64,000 nt of DNA from IMG/VR virus record IMGVR_UViG_3300047200_000500, positions 32,001-96,000 of that record. The stretch is one strand, 5' to 3'. Below, piece after piece: positions 18,785 through 28,072 of this stretch (within the stretch, counting starts at the first letter, position 1; the number at the start of each line of letters is the position of its first letter). The DNA comes from a virus. Made by a program: the position numbers and the translations under genes. Under the pieces are notes generated by a model. That model was given only the letters and a program-made list of their open reading frames with translations, ran no database searches and had not been told where the DNA came from.

Positions 18785-19514
18785 GTTTCTGTATCACAAT
18801 ATCGGATATAATTGAATTTTCAGTCGGCCACGGTTCAGTTAATTCTTTAGCTGTTTCCAATGACATTATTATTTTAATGGGTTTAGGATTATGTATTTCT
18901 TGCTGCGCTTTAAACTCTTCTTCCTCTTTTATTAATTTTTCTCTTTCAATTCTTGCCACTAATACTAATTCCCACCATTTAATTATATCATTTTTGTTTA
19001 TTACTATCCAAAACCCTATTTTTCCATGACTGAATATGGCACAATGTGCCAATTGTTTATTCTTATCAAGTATACTATTTTTCCAGGTAGAAATAGTGTG
19101 ATGATATAAAGTTAATACAGATGGATATCCGCCACTCCAATTATGTATTGATAATTTATCTTGAACACTGTTTTTGAGTTGATTGTATATCATTTCGGAA
19201 TTTTCATTATGGAATACCCAGATATCACTAGTTTTAGAAATTATTTTATTATTTTCCACTATTGGAAGAGTTAAGATATTTACTAATCCTTTTTTCTTAT
19301 CGTCTTTTAAAAATTTTTCCCAAAGACGAATAGCACTAAGATATGAATGTGATCTTTTTACTTCACAGAAAATAGTATTATGAGCACAGTCTGATCTTGT
19401 GGTGCCAGAATTAGCCCCACTTAATGGTATACGCCCTGATAAAGTACCTGTACGAAAACTACCTAGCCAAATTCCGGCTTTTGATTCGCTTGATTTCCAT
19501 ACAACATTTTTCAT
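18774..19514 (-). CDS. PD-(D/E)xK nuclease, Holliday-junction-resolvase-like N-terminus
   Basis: WKSSESK...RIPLSGA...RSD...IFCEVKR. Confidence 0.55.
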   Translation of the reverse strand: MKNVVWKSSESKAGIWLGSFRTGTLSGRIPLSGANSGTTRSDCAHNTIFCEVKRSHSYLSAIRLWEKFLKDDKKKGLVNILTLPIVENNKIISKTSDIWVFHNENSEMIYNQLKNSVQDKLSIHNWSGGYPSVLTLYHHTISTWKNSILDKNKQLAHCAIFSHGKIGFWIVINKNDIIKWWELVLVARIEREKLIKEEEEFKAQQEIHNPKPIKIIMSLETAKELTEPWPTENSIISDIVIQKLKP

Positions 19515-19571
19515 GTTATATATACTAATGAAAATATATAGTTAATAAACACCTGTTAAAAGGAATAATAT

Positions 19572-19790
19572 ATGGGATGTGGATGTAACAAAAATCAAGT
19601 TAAATCTATTCCTCAATTAAATGTCCAACAGAAGAAAGTTGTCAATGTTGTATCGAGTAATTTAAGAAAATGCATTAAATGTTCATCTAATATGACTTAT
19701 AAGCAGCAATTCGTAGCCAAGTTGCGTGGATACATAAAAATATGGGAGTGTCAAAATAAATCATGCAACTTCAAGATAGTTGGTCCCTGA
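19572..19790 (+). CDS. small Cys-rich zinc-ribbon protein
   Basis: MGCGCNK, CIKC, CQNKSC; AAGGAA RBS. Confidence 0.6.
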   Translation: MGCGCNKNQVKSIPQLNVQQKKVVNVVSSNLRKCIKCSSNMTYKQQFVAKLRGYIKIWECQNKSCNFKIVGP

Positions 19791-20158
19791 TACAATATTT
19801 AATAATATGGGCTTCATTTGCTTTATTAACTGAAGCAATAGTTGAGATATTAATAAATGCTGGACCACTTGAAGGATTCAGAGGATGGGTTGCTAGAAGA
19901 GGAAAAATTTTGTATATTGATTTTGCAGAATTAATCACTTGTGGATATTGCTGTTCAGTGTGGGTTGCTTTTGCCTTTGCATGGATTTTACCTTCTTTTA
20001 TATTTAGTGATGCAAAATTTTGGGATAGTTATCCAGTGCTTAAAATTGTAGTCTTATTCTCTGATAAATATTTATATTGGTTTTTTAATTGGATAGTATT
20101 GCATAGATTGTCTAATATTGTCCATATTAAACTGAAACCAGTAAAGATAGAGGTGTGA
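19763..20158 (+). CDS. membrane protein, DUF1360-like
   Basis: Hydrophobic helices with ELITCGYCCSVW. Confidence 0.6.
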   Translation: MQLQDSWSLIQYLIIWASFALLTEAIVEILINAGPLEGFRGWVARRGKILYIDFAELITCGYCCSVWVAFAFAWILPSFIFSDAKFWDSYPVLKIVVLFSDKYLYWFFNWIVLHRLSNIVHIKLKPVKIEV

Positions 20159-20159
20159 A

Positions 20160-20603
20160 ATGAAAAAAGAATTTAAGTGTGTCGAAATACGATGTGTAAA
20201 TGATATCAGAAAGGCTTTGATACCATTTACAAAAAATTATAATAAAAATGATGTAGTGTTAAATGGTGAAATTGAGTGGACTGATGAAGATAAAAATGTT
20301 AAAATGAAAACTAGTTTTTCCGCTAACAATAAAGAACTTGGCTTAAAGGATCTTTTAATTGAGGGGTTTGAACAAGTCAAAGAACAAGATAAAGTTTGGA
20401 ATAATTTGCATGACGCTCTTGAAGATGATGAGTATTCTGTAACTCTTCCTCGCATTAATATCAATGATTTTCACATGCCCATTGATAGATTAATAAAAAT
20501 TAGACTTGGCGGAAAGAGAGAAGGATTAACAGTTGTCTGGGTAATCGATGGTAATAAATACATATTTGATCCTTATACTTGTGAATTTATGGGGGATCAA
20601 TGA
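20160..20603 (+). CDS. hypothetical protein
   Basis: 147-aa ORF, GAGGTG RBS. Confidence 0.6.
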   Translation: MKKEFKCVEIRCVNDIRKALIPFTKNYNKNDVVLNGEIEWTDEDKNVKMKTSFSANNKELGLKDLLIEGFEQVKEQDKVWNNLHDALEDDEYSVTLPRININDFHMPIDRLIKIRLGGKREGLTVVWVIDGNKYIFDPYTCEFMGDQ

Positions 20604-20881
20604 GAGGAGGAGATGTTGAGGTTGAGTTATTAAAATATGCAGATTTATCAGAATGGAAACCTAAAATTGGTGACATGGTTTTTCATGATGGGTTTATATT
20701 TAGATGGTTTGCTATAATATATCAAGTGAATAATGATATGTTATCTGTTAAAAAATCTGGTAATTTAAGATTGTTAATGCAAGGTGAATATGAGGAAACG
20801 ATATTAAATTTCAGAAAAATTAAGAATTCTATGGTTGGATCATTCAGTGTCATAGGCCACAATAATGTTTATTATGTATGA
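20600..20881 (+). CDS. hypothetical protein
   Basis: ATGA-coupled 93-aa ORF. Confidence 0.6.
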   Translation: MRGGDVEVELLKYADLSEWKPKIGDMVFHDGFIFRWFAIIYQVNNDMLSVKKSGNLRLLMQGEYEETILNFRKIKNSMVGSFSVIGHNNVYYV

Positions 20882-21408
20882 ATAATTATCAATTACCTAG
20901 TTTTGTGGATTATCCTGAATTTTTTAATGTCAGAGAGTATTCAAGTTTATTTAATAATTTGTTTTCATATATTATCAGTCCATATCCTATTGATAATGGA
21001 TATTCTATTTATATAGGGTCTAGAAATGATTATGTTTTTGTAAGATTATCTGATTTTAAATCTAGTGAATTGGATATTACTGACCATAAATACAAATCAA
21101 TATTAAAACATGTTGATAAATTATTGAATATAATGAAAGTGGCAAAAATTAGAGAATCTTGTTATTATTTTTCAAATCAAAATGATCCAATATTGGTAGA
21201 TGTGATGTTATCAGCGAATAAGTTTATGGGTCCAGGAATGATAAGGGATGTTTTTTCTAAAACTGTTCCAACTCAAGAAATAATGAGTGTGGAAAACTTA
21301 ATGATTGATAATTACGATAATTTCAGTGGGAAATATATTAAACCAAGCAGATTTAAATATGTGATAGAAAAAGAATATTTTAGACCATTATATGGAATGA
21401 TTAAATGA
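20878..21408 (+). CDS. hypothetical protein
   Basis: ATGA-coupled 176-aa ORF. Confidence 0.6.
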   Translation: MNNYQLPSFVDYPEFFNVREYSSLFNNLFSYIISPYPIDNGYSIYIGSRNDYVFVRLSDFKSSELDITDHKYKSILKHVDKLLNIMKVAKIRESCYYFSNQNDPILVDVMLSANKFMGPGMIRDVFSKTVPTQEIMSVENLMIDNYDNFSGKYIKPSRFKYVIEKEYFRPLYGMIK

Positions 21409-23285
21409 AATATCTTTTTCAAAACCACAATAATTATACAATACAGATACCAGATAAGGCAGGGAAAACAGTAATATTTGTTAAAGGTCAAAAAATAATT
21501 TTAGATGAATACTTTAGAAGATATGTACCAAAATATTTATCAGTAATTAGGACAATAGATAATAAAATGGAAGTAAAAAGCGTTTCACTTATAAATGGGA
21601 ACCAATTAAATAATGTAAAAAACATTGTTATTAATAACGCTGTTATTAAATCAGTTATTAAACCAGTTGATGCTGTTAATTATAACAAGTCATCTAATAA
21701 AAATCTTTTAGCGAAAAAAATAGTTGGCAAAATAGTTGGAAAAGTGGGACAGTCTGGGATTAGAGCTACTGAATTCTCAGTCGCTAAGATTAAAGAAGAT
21801 ATAATACCAATTTCCAACAATATAGGAGTTGGAATATTAAGTTATAACCGTTTAAAATCATTAGCTGGTTTAATAACTTCAATCAGAAAATTTACTGATC
21901 TCACAAGAACCACTGTATTTGTTAGTGATGAAAGTACTGATCCAGCAGTGTGGGAATGGTTAAGAAATCAACATGACATAATCACATTTCATAATCCAAG
22001 AATTGGAATAGCTGGTAATACAAATAGGACACTGAGATGCCTTGATAGATTTAAGTATAAATTGCTGTTAAATGATGATGTAGAAATATTAGCAAATGGA
22101 TGGGATGTTTTTTATTTTAATAAAATGGCCACAACTGGTATAAAACATTTTTGTTATAGACAAGTCGGTGTTTATAATGCTTCTAGACCTCCTCCCAATC
22201 ACAATGGCATAATAACAGTAAATGATAAACCACATGGGGCAGTTTTAGCTCTACATGATGATGCATTTAAAAAAGTTGGATTCATGGACGAATCGTTTGG
22301 AATTTATGGTTATGAACATGTTGATTATAGTGACAGAATTTCGCGGGCTGGATTTGCACCTGCTGGATATCATGATGTAGCTGGGTCTGAAAAGTTTTTT
22401 AAAATTTATGATGATAAAACGTCTGATGAACAAAAGGGTGAACATTTTTGTAAGGCAAAGGAACTGTACAATAATATTAAAAATGATAAATCTAGAATCT
22501 ACATAGGCACTTCGAATAAAACTGAACTTCCTTCAGTGTCTTATATTATACCATTTAGAGACATTGGGAGGGCAGAGTGCATTGAAACAGTGGTTCAAAA
22601 TGTTAGAGCACAAAGATTCCCAGTTATTCAAATTATTTTATCAGAACAAGATGATAAAGAGGTGATGAATAAGGACAAACTACCTTCTGTTAATTATGTG
22701 TTTTCAAAAAATCCAAATGTTAATTTACCATTTAATAAATCACAAGCGTTTAATGATGGTGTTAATCTTGCAAAATATGATAATTTAATTCTTCATGATG
22801 CAGATATGCTGGTACGTGGCGATTATACAACAATAATTGATAAATTATTAAAAGAATATGAATCTGTTCATATTGGGGCAGATGTTTGTTATATGACAAA
22901 GGAATCAACTGATAAAATAATTTCTATTTATAAAATAGATGAAAATAGTGTTGAATCAGATAGAATAGTTAGTTATTATGAGGGAGGATCACTTGGAATT
23001 AGGAAAGGCACTTACATTAAAATAGGCGGATTTTGTGAATCATTTGTTGGTTATGGTGTTGAAGATTGTGATTTTTTCTGGAAAATAAAGAATCTAACTA
23101 AAATGTTTAATGAAAGATCTATAAGTTTATTTCATTTATGGCATGGTAGAACATCTGGTTGGGAAACGTACCACATAAAGAACAAACAAATTGGTAGCAA
23201 TAGAACGTCAAATGGAATCAATAAAGCCGCAGCCGATGATTCATGGTTTTTATCAAATAAATTTAAACTGAAAGATAGTAAATGA
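21405..23285 (+). CDS. two-domain glycosyltransferase (GT2-like plus GT2/GT7-like) with N-terminal extension
   Basis: Domain 1: GILSYNR, SDESTD, LLNDD, GFMDESFGIYGYEHVDYS.R; domain 2: SYIIPFR, FNKSQAFN.G, LHDADM, GGFCESFVGYGVEDCDF, HLWH. Confidence 0.85.
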   Translation: MKYLFQNHNNYTIQIPDKAGKTVIFVKGQKIILDEYFRRYVPKYLSVIRTIDNKMEVKSVSLINGNQLNNVKNIVINNAVIKSVIKPVDAVNYNKSSNKNLLAKKIVGKIVGKVGQSGIRATEFSVAKIKEDIIPISNNIGVGILSYNRLKSLAGLITSIRKFTDLTRTTVFVSDESTDPAVWEWLRNQHDIITFHNPRIGIAGNTNRTLRCLDRFKYKLLLNDDVEILANGWDVFYFNKMATTGIKHFCYRQVGVYNASRPPPNHNGIITVNDKPHGAVLALHDDAFKKVGFMDESFGIYGYEHVDYSDRISRAGFAPAGYHDVAGSEKFFKIYDDKTSDEQKGEHFCKAKELYNNIKNDKSRIYIGTSNKTELPSVSYIIPFRDIGRAECIETVVQNVRAQRFPVIQIILSEQDDKEVMNKDKLPSVNYVFSKNPNVNLPFNKSQAFNDGVNLAKYDNLILHDADMLVRGDYTTIIDKLLKEYESVHIGADVCYMTKESTDKIISIYKIDENSVESDRIVSYYEGGSLGIRKGTYIKIGGFCESFVGYGVEDCDFFWKIKNLTKMFNERSISLFHLWHGRTSGWETYHIKNKQIGSNRTSNGINKAAADDSWFLSNKFKLKDSK

Positions 23286-24280
23286 AAATATTAGTTGCAC
23301 GTCCATCTGGTGGAGCTTATCTTTATATTGCTAGGGGTTTTATAAATGCATTTAATGCAATAGGATGTCATGCTAAATTTTGGGATGGAGATGAAAAAAC
23401 TTGGACAGATACAAAGCCAGATTTGTATATCGGTTGCAGTGGACATCGTAAAATAATTCCACAAAATCGTGGTAATGTAAAAGTTGCTATTCATGTTAAT
23501 CCATATGGCACAAGACTTGAGCCTTTGCATGGTGTCGATATAAACGAACCAAAAGAAGCAATAAATTGGACTTTATCACAAAAGCCCGACGTTGTGTTTG
23601 GTTATGGTCACCAAGATGATGCTTCAACTTTTTGGTCAAATTGGTCTAAAAATCATAATATAAAGTTCATTGGAGTTCCAACCGCTGCTGATCATACTTT
23701 GTATTATTCTTTGGAAATTGAAAAGAAAGTTAACAATATTGTTTATCTTGGCGGAAGATGGCCATATAAAGCCAATAAAATTGATCAATGGTTATTACCA
23801 TTAACTAAAGTTACAAATATTAAAATAATGGGTTGGGGAGGGTGGCAAGGTGTTAATGGTTATACTGGTGTCATTCCTGATTCAGATAGCGGAAGAGAAT
23901 TTTTAGCTAGTGGAAAGGTTGGTCCGTGTATGTGTGAGCCTCACACTACAAAATTTGGTATTGATATCCCAGAAAGATTTTTTAAAGTAGCGTTATGCAA
24001 AACACTTCCAGTTGTTGATTTTATTCCCAATTTTAATAGATATTACGAATCCGACACGTTTTTGATGGCCAGGGATCCGAATGAATATGTTGATTTGGTT
24101 TGTAATTATGCTAACAATCCAGCTTTTGAAAAAGCTCGTATCGAATTAACTGAATCAATTTTTAAACAAACTAGATTAAATCATACTTATATGAACAGAA
24201 TGAGAGATTTATGTGCAGGATTAGAAGTTCAAGAATTAGTTGAAAAATTTGATTCTAAAATTAAAGAAATCAATAATTAA
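23282..24280 (+). CDS. GT-B glycosyltransferase (CgeB / Glyco_trans_1_2-like)
   Basis: PTAAD..LY, IVYLGG, IPERFFK, HTYMNRM. Confidence 0.7.
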   Translation: MKILVARPSGGAYLYIARGFINAFNAIGCHAKFWDGDEKTWTDTKPDLYIGCSGHRKIIPQNRGNVKVAIHVNPYGTRLEPLHGVDINEPKEAINWTLSQKPDVVFGYGHQDDASTFWSNWSKNHNIKFIGVPTAADHTLYYSLEIEKKVNNIVYLGGRWPYKANKIDQWLLPLTKVTNIKIMGWGGWQGVNGYTGVIPDSDSGREFLASGKVGPCMCEPHTTKFGIDIPERFFKVALCKTLPVVDFIPNFNRYYESDTFLMARDPNEYVDLVCNYANNPAFEKARIELTESIFKQTRLNHTYMNRMRDLCAGLEVQELVEKFDSKIKEINN

Positions 24281-24543
24281 CCACCTATTCTTCGTATAAC
24301 ATTTTCTCTGCATGTAGTGTGGGCTGCCTTTAATAATTTTGTTGCAGCTATGTCATCCGGAAAATAACTTATAATTGATTTTCCCTTAACTATAAATACA
24401 CCGGCATATTCAGTTATTTTATGCTTCTTCATAAGTATTGACATTTCTTCTGTAAATTTATTTATAGCTTGCTTATCGTTATCTGATATGGCATTTTTTT
24501 GTTTATCAGTTTTTAAAGAAGTTTTCTGGATTTTGTCATTCAT
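24277..24543 (-). CDS. hypothetical protein
   Basis: 88-aa ORF convergent with the GT gene. Confidence 0.55.
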   Translation of the reverse strand: MNDKIQKTSLKTDKQKNAISDNDKQAINKFTEEMSILMKKHKITEYAGVFIVKGKSIISYFPDDIAATKLLKAAHTTCRENVIRRIGG

Positions 24544-24558
24544 GGTATTTTATATACT

Positions 24559-25173
24559 GTGGACAAACTCGTTCTAAAAGTTGCTCTTGAATATAAAAAT
24601 TCAATTAGCAATTGTGGTGGCCATTTTAGCTTTCCAAAAGCAGATAATATAATCAATACTTATTCATATAGGACATTTAATGCATTTGTTAATAGATGCA
24701 GATCAGATCGCTTGGAAGACAATCAGATATTAGAAATGGTTCGTATAATTGTTAAATATATGCACAGACACAGGATAATGAAAAAAGGTGTTGGGATATT
24801 GTCAAGCCCTGATATTATTGATATTTGTGTTAACGAATTAAAAGGTAATATAAATAAATCTGATAATGTCACAAAATTGATTATTGAATCTAATGATTTT
24901 TTAAATAAACAATCTAATAAGATTGAATTTTTATTAAAAAAGGTAAACAAAAATGGGTTCTCTAATTTGGTATTTCTTAGATGTAAAGGAATATTACCTG
25001 ACGTTTTTATCTGTTGTTCAAAATCTTGCATGAATGTTTATTTTAAACTTGATATAAGTGATAAATCGATGATGTTGGAACCTAAAAATTATATGATTTT
25101 GAAAATGAAAATTATTAATATTGTCGGCATCGATCATATAAAAGAAATAATGGGTGATGATTCTAATGTATAA
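24559..25173 (+). CDS. hypothetical protein
   Basis: 204-aa ORF (GTG start) directly upstream of primase. Confidence 0.6.
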   Translation: MDKLVLKVALEYKNSISNCGGHFSFPKADNIINTYSYRTFNAFVNRCRSDRLEDNQILEMVRIIVKYMHRHRIMKKGVGILSSPDIIDICVNELKGNINKSDNVTKLIIESNDFLNKQSNKIEFLLKKVNKNGFSNLVFLRCKGILPDVFICCSKSCMNVYFKLDISDKSMMLEPKNYMILKMKIINIVGIDHIKEIMGDDSNV

Positions 25174-26203
25174 ATTTAACAAAAATAAATATTTAGCTGC
25201 CAGATCTAAAAATTCTGGATTTATACAGCCAACACCTGATCAAATAGAGAACTGGATTACTAGGAATTTTGAATATAAAACTGGGAATGAGGATCAAATT
25301 AGAATTTGTAATCCTGATGGTGATACAGAATTTAGATTGTGGATTTCAAGATCTAATGCTGTAGTACACGATTTTAGGCCAAACCACCAACAATTTGATG
25401 GATCTTTTTTGAAGTTTGTTTCCAAGTATAAAAACATAACTTTTAGTGAGGCAGTAAAAGAAGTATGCGGTAGTTCTCCTGTCATAACAAGGTACATGGA
25501 TTCAAAAGAAAAGAATGAAATACAAAATGATGATCCGATTAAAATGCCAGATGGGTCAGTATTGTTGAAAGATTCTATTGGTAAAGCAAGAGACATATGT
25601 ATGAATTATTTAACTAAAGTGCGTGGTTTTTCGGAAGACATATTGTTCAAGGCTAAAATCAATATTTGTGGCACAAGCATGATTATTCCATATTTTCAAT
25701 ATGACATGCTAGTGTTTTGGCAAATGAGATCATTGATATCAAAAATTTTCAAGTTTCCAGATGAGACTGAAACTAATAAAAAAGCTGGTGATTTTATTTA
25801 TGGTTTTGATGATATAGAACCTTGTGCTGAAGTAATTGTTGTAGAATCAATATTTAACAGTTTGAGTGTTGGCACTAATTGTACTGCCACTGGAGGTGCA
25901 ACATTGAAGGATGGGCAGCTTAAATTGTTAAAATCGTTAAATCCAAAAACTGTGATTCTTGCGCCAGATCGTGATGAAGCTGGTGTAAAATCGATTCAGA
26001 AAGATTTCTTTCATTTAAATAAAATGAGAACTGGAGATTTATTTAAAAACATCTATTATGCGATACCGCCAATAGAAGTTGCTAAAGCTGGTAAAAAAGA
26101 TTGGAATGATATGTTATTAATGGGATATGATATTTATAAATTTATACAAGAAAATAAAAGGATTGTTAATTCAAGATTATTATTTGATGGTATTAAGATT
26201 TAG
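25166..26203 (+). CDS. DNA primase (TOPRIM)
   Basis: YL..RG, IIPYF, FWQMR, IYGFD, VVESIFNS, ATGG, ILAPDRDEAG, KKDWND. Confidence 0.8.
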   Translation: MYKFNKNKYLAARSKNSGFIQPTPDQIENWITRNFEYKTGNEDQIRICNPDGDTEFRLWISRSNAVVHDFRPNHQQFDGSFLKFVSKYKNITFSEAVKEVCGSSPVITRYMDSKEKNEIQNDDPIKMPDGSVLLKDSIGKARDICMNYLTKVRGFSEDILFKAKINICGTSMIIPYFQYDMLVFWQMRSLISKIFKFPDETETNKKAGDFIYGFDDIEPCAEVIVVESIFNSLSVGTNCTATGGATLKDGQLKLLKSLNPKTVILAPDRDEAGVKSIQKDFFHLNKMRTGDLFKNIYYAIPPIEVAKAGKKDWNDMLLMGYDIYKFIQENKRIVNSRLLFDGIKI

Positions 26204-26483
26204 ACGGTATTGGCGCATGATATAATATATTTATTCTGCTTAAATATATTTCTCTATAACCTTTTTTATATGCTATTGGAGTATTTTCTCGTAACCATTT
26301 TACCTTATTTTGAAGATTATAATTATATAGTTTGTTCATATTGTTTCTGATAATAGCTGCTTCATGTTCATTAACAGCATTGTCTAATATACATATTAAT
26401 TTTTGGTTAAATTCACCTATTTTTATTACTATCAACTCTTTTTTCTCAGTTCCAAATTCATATTTTAATTGCATTAACATCAT
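26193..26483 (-). CDS. hypothetical protein
   Basis: 96-aa ORF. Confidence 0.55.
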   Translation of the reverse strand: MMLMQLKYEFGTEKKELIVIKIGEFNQKLICILDNAVNEHEAAIIRNNMNKLYNYNLQNKVKWLRENTPIAYKKGYREIYLSRINILYHAPIPSKS

Positions 26484-26563
26484 GTCATATTTATTTTTGA
26501 TAATTCTTTTAGATAAATATAAGTATTTTATACCTGAATATTATTCATGGGCAAATATAAAAT

Positions 26564-28057
26564 ATGACTGAAAAAATAGAAATCATTTGTGAAAATTGCG
26601 GAAAAAAAAGATTAATAACAAAAAAATCTTTTTTAAGAAACAAACGTGATGGTATTAAAAAATGTATGCATTGTTATAATGATGAAAATTATAAAAGCAT
26701 GATGTCAATAAAATCAAATAAAGCTTGGTTATCAGAAGATTTAAAAAATAAAGTAAGAAATATTTCAAAAAATTGGGCATATAATAATAGAAAAATTATA
26801 TCAGAAAAAATGAAAGAAATTTGGAATGATGATGATTACAAATTAAATCAGATAATAAAACAAAAAATAACTCATCCAAAAATTATTAAAATATTAAAAT
26901 ATAAAAAATCTATTGATGAGTTAAAAAACGAAGCATCAAAAAAAACTAGTGAAATATGGAAAAATAAAAATTATATCAATAAACAAATTGAAATACATGA
27001 ACATCAAAAAGTTGATAATGATTTTAAAAGAAAAATATCGGAATCATTAAAAATAAAATGGAATGATGAAGATTATAGAAATAAAATGAAAATAATGTTT
27101 TCTGAAAGATTAAAAAAATTATGGAAAAACGATGAATATAGAATAAAAGCTATAAAAGCGATTGAATCAAGTAAAGGTAAAGTTTCTAGTATTGAAATTG
27201 TTTTAAGTTCTATTTTAGATGATTTAAAAATCAAATATGAATTTCAAAAATCAATCGGGTTTTTCATATTTGATTTTTTATTACCAGATTATAATATATT
27301 AATTGAGTGTAATGGTGATTATTGGCATTCGTTACCGAAAGCTATTAAAAATGATAAAGCTAAATCATCATATATTACAAATAATTTTTCAGAATATAAA
27401 CTACATTATATATGGGAACATGAATTTAAATGTAAGGATAAAGTTGTTGAATTAATTAAATATTGGACAGGAACCAAATTTGATATGATTGATTTTGATT
27501 TTAAAGATTTGATTATAAAAATTACTGAATTAAAAGATGCTAGATTATTTGTTGATAAATACCATTATTCTGGAACAATAGGAAATTCAACATATAGATA
27601 TGGTTGTTATTTAAATAATGAATTAATAGCTTTATGTTCATTTGGAAATATAACGAGAAATGAATCAGCAATAAGATTAAATATGAAACTTAACGAATTG
27701 CTTGAACTTACAAGATTTTGTATTCATCCAAAATATCAAAAGAAAAATTTTGCAAGTTGGTTAATTAGTAGATGTATTGATGAAATTAAAAAACTTAATA
27801 AATATAAGTGTTTAATATCTTTTGCTGATACTACTTTTAATCATAATGGTACAATATATAAGGCATCAAATTGGATAAATGATGGAGTTGTTTCTCCAAG
27901 TTATTGGTATATTGATAAAGATGGATATGTGATGCACAAGAAGACATTATGGGATAATGCAAAGAAAATGTCTATGACTGAGAATGAATATTCATGTAAA
28001 TATTGTTATAAGAAAATCTCTGGAAAAGAGAAAATCAGGTATGTTTATTATTTGTGA
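26564..28057 (+). CDS. putative homing endonuclease: NUMOD3-like repeats + Vsr/DUF559-like nuclease + Mom/GNAT-like domain (Hef-like)
   Basis: CENC/CMHC; repeated K.W.D..Y; SSIE...FDF...LIECNGDYWH...D..K...IWEHE; FVDKYHYSG, ELTRFC, ASWLISR, LISFAD..FNHNGTIYKASNW; extremely AT-rich. Confidence 0.75.
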   Translation: MTEKIEIICENCGKKRLITKKSFLRNKRDGIKKCMHCYNDENYKSMMSIKSNKAWLSEDLKNKVRNISKNWAYNNRKIISEKMKEIWNDDDYKLNQIIKQKITHPKIIKILKYKKSIDELKNEASKKTSEIWKNKNYINKQIEIHEHQKVDNDFKRKISESLKIKWNDEDYRNKMKIMFSERLKKLWKNDEYRIKAIKAIESSKGKVSSIEIVLSSILDDLKIKYEFQKSIGFFIFDFLLPDYNILIECNGDYWHSLPKAIKNDKAKSSYITNNFSEYKLHYIWEHEFKCKDKVVELIKYWTGTKFDMIDFDFKDLIIKITELKDARLFVDKYHYSGTIGNSTYRYGCYLNNELIALCSFGNITRNESAIRLNMKLNELLELTRFCIHPKYQKKNFASWLISRCIDEIKKLNKYKCLISFADTTFNHNGTIYKASNWINDGVVSPSYWYIDKDGYVMHKKTLWDNAKKMSMTENEYSCKYCYKKISGKEKIRYVYYL

Positions 28058-28072
28058 AGATAAATATAAAAG

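Noticed and set aside
19763-20158. Holin call for the membrane protein
   Set aside because: Motif fits DUF1360-like proteins and it is not next to the transglycosylase; no positive evidence
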